Of a DNA stretch of 64,000 nucleotides, positions 57,271 through 64,000 are shown piece after piece. The notes under the pieces are model-generated. The model searched no databases, had not been told where the DNA came from, and saw nothing but the letters and a program-made list of their open reading frames with translations. The position numbers and the translations under genes are program-made. Every line of letters starts with the position of its first letter. Within the stretch, counting starts at the first letter, position 1. Source of the stretch: Minisyncoccota bacterium (GTDB lineage Bacteria > Patescibacteriota > Minisyncoccia > UBA6257 > JAGOQP01); the NCBI GenBank assembly GCA_041661795.1, contig JBAZTS010000002.1:36263-100262 (forward strand). Reading direction: 5' to 3'.

Positions 57271-57306
57271 CCATTACAATTAGAACGATCGTTCTAATTG
57301 TAATGG
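57271..57306. repeat. 36-bp perfect palindrome CCATTACAATTAGAACGATCGTTCTAATTGTAATGG (copy 3, upstream of the PaaX-like gene)
   Basis: Lies 26 nt upstream of the PaaX-like start codon. Confidence 0.85.
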
Positions 57307-57417
57307 AGGGAGTATATATGATTAAGAATATTAAATAATTATCATAGAGTTATTATGATTATAGATTGATTTTATCGTTTTAATTAAAGAGTGCCTTATA
57401 AATTAGCACGGACCGCT

Positions 57418-57570
57418 TTATGGGCGGTCCGGGATGGGTGGAGCGGGTGCGGGCTTGACCACTTTGGCCACGAGGCCGATTAATATGGTCAGCATTGAAA
57501 CGGGTACTACGGTGGCGATGATGACGGACGATTCCACCACCACCAGAGACCACTTGACTAGGTAGTGCAT
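57418..57570 (-). CDS. GC-rich 50-aa hydrophobic peptide (MHYLVKWSLVVVESSVIIATVVPVSMLTILIGLVAKVVKPAPAPPIPDRP)
   Basis: AGGAGG 4 nt upstream of the ATG; single TM; terminator hairpin GGACCGC/GCGGUCC overlaps the stop codon. Confidence 0.3.
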   Translation of the reverse strand: MHYLVKWSLVVVESSVIIATVVPVSMLTILIGLVAKVVKPAPAPPIPDRP

Positions 57571-57689
57571 TCAACCTCCTTTCTTCTGAGAATCTTGGTG
57601 ATCCACAGATAGAGGTTGTATCCTGTTTGAATAACGTGGGCCATCTTTTGGCCCAGTATTGTCGTCCGATGAAACGTTGTTGTAGACAT
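57558..57689 (-). CDS. GC-rich 43-aa peptide (MSTTTFHRTTILGQKMAHVIQTGYNLYLWITKILRRKEVECTT)
   Basis: AAAGGAGAC RBS 5 nt before the ATG; the downstream part of the listed 57558..57860 ORF, whose upstream part is the wrong frame of the neighbouring gene. Confidence 0.25.
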   Translation of the reverse strand: MSTTTFHRTTILGQKMAHVIQTGYNLYLWITKILRRKEVECTT

Positions 57690-57703
57690 CACGTCTCCTT
57701 TGG

Positions 57704-57949
57704 TTAGGCGATGGCGCCGGGGTATTCTTCGGAGATCTTCTCGATCTCTTTTTCCTCTTTCTTCACTTGGTCTGTGAGCACAAGGAAGAAAAAGATGATG
57801 GCCATGATTCCCACAAGAGTGGCAAAGGCCCATGAAAAGCTCTTGGGGAGTTGGAACCATCGTGATAAGTGATATCCTCCAAAAGTGAGAATTACCACGG
57901 CCACGGTCGCTCCAACTTTACGGAGCAAGTTGAGTAGTCCCGGGAACAT
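57704..57949 (-). CDS. GC-rich 81-aa 2-TM protein
   Basis: AAGGAGG RBS 6 nt before the ATG; two hydrophobic helices. Confidence 0.3.
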   Translation of the reverse strand: MFPGLLNLLRKVGATVAVVILTFGGYHLSRWFQLPKSFSWAFATLVGIMAIIFFFLVLTDQVKKEEKEIEKISEEYPGAIA

Positions 57950-58193
57950 TACTCTCCTCCTTTTTGGTGTACATCTTTCGAAGTTTCTCCTGTAGAGCGT
58001 TGAGCCCCGTGAAGACCAGGGCTCCGGTCAGAAACCCGATACAAGCCAACGATCCTCGGATCTCCAATCCTGGAGGCAGTGGAACTCGGTCTGCCCATAG
58101 GACCGTGAAGAAACAGGAAGCAGCAGTTGAAAGGCCAACGAAAGTGAACCAAACCACTCTTGCGATCAACTCCAGAACTTTTCCGATTTTCAT
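57918..58193 (-). CDS. GC-rich 91-aa 2-TM protein
   Basis: GAGGAGG RBS 7 nt before the ATG; first gene of a 4-ORF GC-rich micro-operon. Confidence 0.3.
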   Translation of the reverse strand: MKIGKVLELIARVVWFTFVGLSTAASCFFTVLWADRVPLPPGLEIRGSLACIGFLTGALVFTGLNALQEKLRKMYTKKEESNVPGTTQLAP

Positions 58194-58280
58194 GCTCTGA
58201 TCCTCCTCTGTTTTTCACATTATAATAATCATTGAATTTTGTCCATGTTTGATTTAGAATAACCCTTTGGTTGGCATTTT

Positions 58281-61193
58281 ATGAAAAAAGAGAATCAATC
58301 AATAGAAATAATCGGGGCGCGTGTCCACAACTTAAAAAATGTGGATGTTTCTATACCTAAAAATAAATTGGTAGTTGTTTGCGGAGTTTCTGGTTCCGGA
58401 AAATCATCTTTAGCTTTTGATACTTTATACGAAGAGGGACAGAGAAGATATTTAGAAAGTTTGTCCTCTTATGTCAGACAGTTTTTAGGAGGATTTAAAA
58501 AACCAGATGTTGAAAAAATAATCGGCTTGTCTCCGACTATCGCCATCAACCAAAAAAGCGTTTCTTCCAATCCGCGTTCAACTGTGGGCACAATAACTGA
58601 AATTTACGATCATCTCCGTCTTCTCTTTGCTCGAGTTGGAATTCCTCATTGTCCAAATGACAACATTGTCATAACCGCTCAGACACCACAAGAAATCGCC
58701 AATAGAATTATTGACTTGGCTCATAACAACGAAATTGTTTTGCTGGCTCCAATAATCTCGGGGAAAAAGGGTCAGCACCAGGCGATTTTTGACGAGATTG
58801 AGAGGGGCGGATATTCACAGGTCAGGGTTGATGGGTATTTTTATCCCATTGCCGAAGCCAAAAATATTTCTCTGGATAAAAATAAAAAACACGATATCGA
58901 AGTTACCGTAGGTAAGTTTTTTACTGGAGTAAAAATAGATATCCAAAGAAATATATCCAAAATGGAAAGAGAGGCATTGAAAAACAAAAATAAAAAGATA
59001 GATAAGTTGATAAAAGAAGAAAAGTTAGAACTTTTAGAAAACATCAGAAAAGGACTGGCCATGGGGCAGGGAAATATTGTTGCTCATACCAAGGGGAAGG
59101 ATTTTTCCTTTTCCGAGAATTATTCCTGTTCTAAATGCGGATTTTCTTTACCCAAAATTGAACCCAGAACTTTTTCATTCAACAGTCCTTTTGGAGCTTG
59201 TAAAAATTGTCAGGGATTGGGAACTAAACTTGAAATAGATTTGGATTTGATAATCAACCCGGAAATCTCTTTGGAAGCGGGAGCTATAAAGCCCTGGTTT
59301 TCTTTAAGCCGTATGGGAAGAAGAGCTCTTGGCGCCAATTGGCAGAGATTTGTTACTGAGACCATTATTAGGGATTCTGGGCTGTCCCCAAGAACTCCTT
59401 TTGGAAAACTTCCCAAAGAAGTCCAGGATAAAATTTTATATGGTGATAAAGAAAATTATACTCATCTTAAAGACGGCGATTGGGAAGGAAAAACTTTATT
59501 TGAGGGAATTATTCCTCGCTTGGAGCGACTTTATTACGAAACTGAATCTGATTTTATCAGACAGGAACTTTCTAAATACATGCTTGAAAAAACCTGTCCC
59601 GTTTGTAATGGGTCGCGTTTAAGAGAAGAAGCATTGGCGGTAAGAGTGGGAGGAAAGAACATTTCTGAATTGACTTCAATGGCGGTTTTGGATTTTGTTA
59701 GTTTTTGCCAAAAACATATTTATGAAAAAATGTCGGAAAATCAAAAAACGGTTGCTGTTTCAATAATCAAAGAAATTTCCACTAAATCAAATTTTTTAAT
59801 TAACGTTGGTTTGGAATATATGAACTTGGGAAGGTCAGCGACTACTTTGTCAGTAGGAGAAAATCAAAGAATCCGCCTGGCTACCCAGTTGGGTTCTGGA
59901 TTGTCTGGAGTGATTTATGTTTTAGACGAACCGACTATTGGGCTTCATCCTCGCGACACTGACCGTCTCATAAAAACATTAAAAGAACTTAGAGATTTAA
60001 ATAATACCGTGATTGTGGTGGAACATGATGAGAGGGTTATAGAAAGCGCCGATTGGGTTATTGAAATTGGACCATTAGCCGGAGAAGAAGGTGGCAAGGT
60101 TGTTTTTGAAGGAACGCCATCAGATTTGAAAAAATCAAAAACGTTAACTGGATTATATTTTGCCGGCAAGAAAAAAGCGCAATCGGGACTTTCTAAAAAT
60201 AATTCTGAAAATAAAGAATTTATAAAACTGTATGGCGCTTCACAGTTTAATTTAAAAAACATAAATCTTTCCATTCCTTTAAAAAAATTTGTCTGTGTGG
60301 CAGGAGTTTCGGGCTCGGGTAAAAGCACGTTAATGTTAGATGTTTTTGCCAAGGCCCTTCAGAAAGAAGTTCTTAGGATGAGCGTGGCTGTAGGTGAATA
60401 TAAAAAACTTGAGGGGGAAAGAAATATAGACAAAGTGGTTATTATTGACCAAAGTCCTATCGGCAGAACCCCTCGTTCCAATCCGGCTACTTATACGGGA
60501 ATTTTTACTCCCATTAGACAATTTTTCACTCGCTTGGAAGAGTCGCAGATAAGGGGATATGGGCCATCATATTTTAGTTTCAACGTTAAGCCGGGAAGAT
60601 GTGAGGCCTGCAGAGGGGAAGGATTTAAAAAGGTGGAGATGTATTTTTTGCCGGATATGTACGTAGAGTGTGAAGTTTGTAAAGGCACCAGATTTTCTCC
60701 CGAGGTTTTGGATGTTAAATATAAAAACAAAAACATTGCTGATGTTCTTTCTATGAGCGTTAAGGAAGCGCTGGCGTTTTTTCACCAGTTTCCTTTTATT
60801 GGCGATAAGTTAAAAATTCTTGATGAAATCGGTCTTGGATATATGAAACTGGGACAGCCGGCGACAACTTTGTCGGGAGGAGAAGCTCAAAGGATAAAAC
60901 TTTCCGATGAACTTGCCAAAAGAGCTACAGGAAGGACTATTTATATTTTAGACGAACCGACTGTGGGACTTCACTTTGAAGACACAAAAAAACTTTTATA
61001 TATTTTGCGCTCGTTGGTTCTAAAAGGTAATACGGTTTTAGTTATAGAACACAATCCTGATGTTTTAAAAGAATCGGACTGGATTATTGAACTTGGTCCC
61101 GAAGGTGGAGACAAGGGAGGAAAAATAATTTTTGAGGGAACACTGGAAGAGATAAAAAAGAAAAAAACAATGACGGGGAAGTATTTAATATGA
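58281..61193 (+). CDS. uvrA: excinuclease ABC subunit A
   Basis: 970 aa; two ABC modules ([12 protein letters not shown]…, LSGGE), zinc-finger Cys pairs, C-terminal …[16 protein letters not shown]. Confidence 0.95.
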   Translation: MKKENQSIEIIGARVHNLKNVDVSIPKNKLVVVCGVSGSGKSSLAFDTLYEEGQRRYLESLSSYVRQFLGGFKKPDVEKIIGLSPTIAINQKSVSSNPRSTVGTITEIYDHLRLLFARVGIPHCPNDNIVITAQTPQEIANRIIDLAHNNEIVLLAPIISGKKGQHQAIFDEIERGGYSQVRVDGYFYPIAEAKNISLDKNKKHDIEVTVGKFFTGVKIDIQRNISKMEREALKNKNKKIDKLIKEEKLELLENIRKGLAMGQGNIVAHTKGKDFSFSENYSCSKCGFSLPKIEPRTFSFNSPFGACKNCQGLGTKLEIDLDLIINPEISLEAGAIKPWFSLSRMGRRALGANWQRFVTETIIRDSGLSPRTPFGKLPKEVQDKILYGDKENYTHLKDGDWEGKTLFEGIIPRLERLYYETESDFIRQELSKYMLEKTCPVCNGSRLREEALAVRVGGKNISELTSMAVLDFVSFCQKHIYEKMSENQKTVAVSIIKEISTKSNFLINVGLEYMNLGRSATTLSVGENQRIRLATQLGSGLSGVIYVLDEPTIGLHPRDTDRLIKTLKELRDLNNTVIVVEHDERVIESADWVIEIGPLAGEEGGKVVFEGTPSDLKKSKTLTGLYFAGKKKAQSGLSKNNSENKEFIKLYGASQFNLKNINLSIPLKKFVCVAGVSGSGKSTLMLDVFAKALQKEVLRMSVAVGEYKKLEGERNIDKVVIIDQSPIGRTPRSNPATYTGIFTPIRQFFTRLEESQIRGYGPSYFSFNVKPGRCEACRGEGFKKVEMYFLPDMYVECEVCKGTRFSPEVLDVKYKNKNIADVLSMSVKEALAFFHQFPFIGDKLKILDEIGLGYMKLGQPATTLSGGEAQRIKLSDELAKRATGRTIYILDEPTVGLHFEDTKKLLYILRSLVLKGNTVLVIEHNPDVLKESDWIIELGPEGGDKGGKIIFEGTLEEIKKKKTMTGKYLI

Positions 61194-61411
61194 AGATAAT
61201 AATCATCGTAAAACCAAATAAAAAAGAAAATAAGGTTGTGAAAATAGGAGAGAACATTTTTGAAATTTATACGAATCAACCGGCTAAAGAAAATAAAGCC
61301 AATTTGGATATTATTCAACAAATGTCCAAGTATTTTAAAGTATCAAAATCAAAGGTTTCTATATCTTCCGGATTAAAGTCAAAGAAGAAAATTTTGGAAA
61401 TAAATATATAA
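61190..61411 (+). CDS. DUF167 (YggU-like) family protein
   Basis: 73 aa; …KANLDIIQQMSKYFKVSKSKVSISSGLKSKKKILEI matches the DUF167 C-terminal consensus (AN…L…VxKsxVxIxxGxxSRxK). Confidence 0.65.
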   Translation: MKIIIIVKPNKKENKVVKIGENIFEIYTNQPAKENKANLDIIQQMSKYFKVSKSKVSISSGLKSKKKILEINI

Positions 61412-61443
61412 AAAAAGGGGGCTCCCGGTGTTGCTGGGAGCCC
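61410..61443 (-). terminator. intrinsic terminator of the minus-strand GC-rich transcript (GGGCUCCCagcaacaccGGGAGCCC followed by UUUUUUU)
   Basis: Seen on the reverse complement; it also caps the convergent DUF167 gene. Confidence 0.6.
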
Positions 61444-61940
61444 AAAGTGCGGTAAGGAGGTCAATGTACGATGCGGTGCCTGCCGTGCGTCGCTTCGCTC
61501 GTTCGGGTCTTGGTGGTTCAGATCAGGGCCAGTCGTGCCCGAAAACTTAACTTTCTGGCCCATTGCTTCTCGGCACGCATGGTTTCTCCTTGCATGGATT
61601 TTTGGTCCACGCAGCTCTGCCCTCAGCGCTTGACGGTGGCCTCGTCGTTGGTGCGGTGGTTGTTCTGACGCTGTTGCATGGGATTTCTCCTCGCGTGAAC
61701 GTCGTCGGTTGTTGGTGCTAGCTATGGCTCAAGTCAAGCTTTCTTTTCGGTGAGCTTGACGAGCAGTGCTAGCGCCTGTTCTGGGTTTCGTTTTTTATCG
61801 GTATAACCTTCACAAGGTTATACCAGGGTTTCCTTCCTGATTGGCGGTCAAGAAGGTTGTTTAATCATCCAGCATTGTCCTAACTAACGGAACGGCGGTT
61901 CGACGTCCACGTGCATCGCTTTCCTCCTTATGTAGTTTAC
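61443..61940 (-). ncRNA. GC-rich (~57% GC) transcript with only mini-ORFs (10, 18 and 20 codons, each with a strong SD); function unknown
   Basis: Promoter TTGACT-N17-TATCCT (minus strand, 61948-61976); first mini-ORF UAAGGAGGAAAGCG-AUG (MHVDVEPPFR); ends at the terminator at 61410-61443. Confidence 0.35.
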
Positions 61941-61947
61941 TTATTTC

Positions 61948-61976
61948 AGGATAAAACAAAAACGGCTATTAGTCAA
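61948..61976 (-). promoter_or_regulatory. sigma70-like promoter (TTGACT-N17-TATCCT) on the minus strand
   Basis: Reverse complement reads TTGACTaatagccgtttttgtttTATCCT. Confidence 0.5.
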
Positions 61977-61991
61977 ATATTTTTGTGAAAC

Positions 61992-62693
61992 TTACTTTTG
62001 ATGCTGAAACACATCTATTATCAAATTTTGGTCGGGGATAATTTCTTTTTTTAATGCTTTGACAATGACCTGAGCAACTTGATTTGGAGTATGTTTTGGT
62101 TCATGGTCGGGAAAACATGTTTTAAACATTCCAGTATCGGTTGAGCCGGGAGTAATTGTAAAAACGTCTATATTGTATTTGGAAAGTTCGTCTTTTAACG
62201 ACTGAGAAAGATTTATAATCGCCGCTTTAGTTAGAGAATAAATAGAGAGTCCTTCAATCCCGTAAAATCCGGCTCCAGAAGAAATATTGACGATTAATCC
62301 GGATTTCTTTTCTTTCATAATTTCAAGAACCCTTTTTATAACATTTAAAGTTCCTTTGATGTTAACGTCTATAATAAAATTCCAGTCAGGATAATCGGTT
62401 TCTTCAAAATTTTTATTCTGGGCAACAGCCGCATTGTTTACTAAAATATCTATACTTCCGAATTTATCAATCGTTTCTTCAATAACTTTTTCAACATCTT
62501 CTTTTGTTCTTATATCGCCTTGAGTAACTAAAAAATTGGGATTTTTTAAAATCACTTCCGTATCCAAATTATCGGGGATATTAATGGAAACCGTAGAAAC
62601 TTTACATCCTTGGTCAAGCAAGAGTTTGGCTGTTTCAAGACCTATTCCCGACGTTGCTCCAGTTATAAATACAACTTTATTTTTTATGTCCAT
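61992..62693 (-). CDS. short-chain dehydrogenase/reductase (SDR)
   Basis: VVFITGATSGIGLETAK (TGxxxGxG), NNAA, and a S…YxxxK catalytic tetrad arrangement. Confidence 0.8.
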   Translation of the reverse strand: MDIKNKVVFITGATSGIGLETAKLLLDQGCKVSTVSINIPDNLDTEVILKNPNFLVTQGDIRTKEDVEKVIEETIDKFGSIDILVNNAAVAQNKNFEETDYPDWNFIIDVNIKGTLNVIKRVLEIMKEKKSGLIVNISSGAGFYGIEGLSIYSLTKAAIINLSQSLKDELSKYNIDVFTITPGSTDTGMFKTCFPDHEPKHTPNQVAQVIVKALKKEIIPDQNLIIDVFQHQK

Positions 62694-62699
62694 AAGATT

Positions 62700-62734
62700 A
62701 GTATATAGTATTTAGTAGTTAGTATATAGTATAA
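62700..62734. repeat. heptamer tandem array AGTATAT-AGTATTT-AGTAGTT-AGTATAT-AGTATAA
   Basis: Direct reading; in the divergent SDR/rmuC promoter region. Confidence 0.75.
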
Positions 62735-62743
62735 TAGAAACAA

Positions 62744-63790
62744 ATGGATACCCAAAGCTTTGTAATTCTCATAATTATCCAAGCCGCTTTTCTTGCGGGT
62801 ATTTATTTTGTATTTAAAAAATTATCTACAAAAAAGCCGGAGGATTCTTCTTTCTTGATGATCCAAAATCAGCTTAATGAGCTGACTAAAAATATGGACT
62901 CTAAACTGGGGGAATCACATAAGGCCGCTCAGCACCAATTCTCCGAGAGCGCCAAAATTATTCGCGATGTTACCGAACGCTTAACCCGTCTTGATGAAAC
63001 CAATAAGCAGGTTATTGATATCACCGACCAGCTTAAGAATCTTCAAGATATTTTAAAAAATCCAAAACAAAGGGGAGTTCTTGGGGAATATTATCTAGAA
63101 ACAGTTTTAAAAAATGTTTTGCCTCCCGGAGTTTTTCAAATGCAATACGAATTTGCCGACGGCAATATCGTTGATGCGGTAGTTTTTGTGAAAGACAAAA
63201 TAATTCCCATTGATTCCAAGTTCAGTTTGGAAAATTACAACAGAATTCTGGAAGCTAAAACGGATGAGGACAGAAAAAGATTTGAAAACGCTTTTTCCCA
63301 AGATTTAAAAAACAGAATTGATGAAACATCCAAATATGTTCGTCCGGAAGAAAAAACGACCGAGTTTGCTTTTATGTTTATTCCATCCGAAGCGGTGTTT
63401 TACGACTTATTAATAAACAAGGTTGGAGTAATGCAATCCAACACCAGGAGCTTGATTGATTATGCTTCGGGAGAAAAGAAAGTGGTAATTGTTTCTCCAA
63501 CAACATTCTTGGCTTATTTACAAACTGTGCTTCAGGGCCTTAAAGCCATGCAGATAGAAGAATCGGCTAAAGAAATCAAAAAAAGAGTTATTGATTTGGG
63601 AAAACATCTGGCCGGTTACGACAGTTATTTTAGTAAGCTTGGAAATCATCTTTCTACGACCGTTAATGCTTATAACTCGGCTTATAAGGAACTGGGAAAA
63701 ATTGACAAGGATGTTTTGAAAATCTCTGGCGTAGCTCCGGGGATAGAAGTCAGCCAGATAGAAAAACCAAGAGAAGAAGAGGAGGAATAA
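62744..63790 (+). CDS. rmuC: DNA recombination protein RmuC
   Basis: N-terminal TM, a long coiled-coil, and C-terminal …YEFADGNIVDAVVFVKDKIIPIDSKFSLENY… (RmuC nuclease-like domain). Confidence 0.7.
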   Translation: MDTQSFVILIIIQAAFLAGIYFVFKKLSTKKPEDSSFLMIQNQLNELTKNMDSKLGESHKAAQHQFSESAKIIRDVTERLTRLDETNKQVIDITDQLKNLQDILKNPKQRGVLGEYYLETVLKNVLPPGVFQMQYEFADGNIVDAVVFVKDKIIPIDSKFSLENYNRILEAKTDEDRKRFENAFSQDLKNRIDETSKYVRPEEKTTEFAFMFIPSEAVFYDLLINKVGVMQSNTRSLIDYASGEKKVVIVSPTTFLAYLQTVLQGLKAMQIEESAKEIKKRVIDLGKHLAGYDSYFSKLGNHLSTTVNAYNSAYKELGKIDKDVLKISGVAPGIEVSQIEKPREEEEE

Positions 63791-63899
63791 ATTTTTGTTG
63801 ACTTTGTTAAGAATTTGAATAGAATTTTGACTGTAAAGAGCAGGGTCGAAAGCTTAACTTTACAAACCTTTAACTTTATAAACTTTAATAACTAATAAT

Positions 63900-64000
63900 A
63901 TGAATTTAAAACCACTTTCTAATCGTATAGTTCTTGAGCCGGTAGGCGAGGAAAAAGTAACTCAATCGGGGATAGTTCTTCCCGAAAGCTCGGAGGCAAA
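63900..64000 (+). CDS. groES: co-chaperonin GroES, N-terminal part (the gene continues beyond the window)
   Basis: MNLKPLSNRIVLEPVGEEKVTQSGIVLPESSEA: canonical GroES start. Confidence 0.85.
   Translation, partial: MNLKPLSNRIVLEPVGEEKVTQSGIVLPESSEA

Noticed and set aside
55670-57306. CRISPR array, considered because of the repeated 36-bp palindromes
   Set aside because: There are only three copies, with irregular spacing (about 940 and 590 bp). Two differ by point changes, one is inside a CDS, and no cas genes are present. The decamer TIR subrepeats and the heptamer arrays are likewise contiguous tandem repeats without spacers.
57380-57860. ORFs 57380..57574 (-) and the upstream part of 57558..57860 (-)
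   Set aside because: The first has a TTG start with zero spacing from the SD and an R/H/G-rich low-complexity product. The SD-spaced ATG frame (57418..57570) encodes a plausible TM peptide. The upstream part of 57558..57860 is the wrong frame of the 57704..57949 gene; only its SD-led downstream part (57558..57689) was kept.
61315-61668. ORFs 61315..61563 (-) and 61471..61668 (+) in the GC-rich region after the DUF167 gene
   Set aside because: They overlap the promoter-to-terminator transcript in frames lacking RBSs, and their products are low-complexity. The SD-led mini-ORFs are more credible but still uncertain.

Overview
This 64-kb window is an AT-rich (roughly 35% GC) bacterial chromosomal segment, gene-dense and mostly on the plus strand. 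Its traits suggest a CPR/Patescibacteria-like genome, which is an inference: a short DnaX, a minimal UvrC, many small membrane proteins, and large type-IV-pilin-like adhesins. Recognisable core genes include fusA (3' part), rplM, rpsI, murA, tpiA, murB, hpf, secA, lepA, pgk, rnhA, an IMPDH/GMPR-family gene, dnaX, scpA, scpB, a D-Ala-D-Ala carboxypeptidase, mraY, two uracil-DNA glycosylases, nfo, rsmE, rsmI, tgt, uvrB, a uvrC-like gene, uvrA, rmuC and groES (5' part). RNA genes are tRNA-Gly(CCC), tRNA-Gln(UUG) and an RNase P RNA with a consensus promoter. A second, roughly 590-nt GC-rich transcript with a consensus promoter and terminator lies upstream of dnaX and could not be classified. There is an accessory block of hydrolases between 27.8 and 36 kb: two Nudix proteins, HD, EEP, isochorismatase, GIY-YIG and an HEPN-like protein. 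There are two large pilin-like proteins with lectin-like C-termini. The most unusual content is selfish-looking DNA inside and between conserved genes. (1) A GC-rich element with terminal inverted repeats built from tandem decamer subrepeats sits in-frame in lepA, carrying a GxxExxY/PDDEXK_3 nuclease-domain cargo; a cargo-less copy sits in-frame in pgk. (2) A 36-bp perfect palindrome occurs three times around the uvrC-like and PaaX-like genes, one copy in-frame inside the uvrC-like gene. (3) Heptanucleotide-periodic tandem arrays are pervasive, both intergenic and in-frame in tpiA, lepA and pgk. (4) There is a roughly 100-nt MITE-like element in two copies and a hairpin repeat family in three copies. 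(5) Five GC-rich islands (50-60% GC) carry consensus sigma70 promoters, near-perfect Shine-Dalgarno sites and intrinsic terminators; they encode tiny membrane proteins or apparently noncoding RNA and are clustered around the uvr genes. No CRISPR array and no rRNA were seen.
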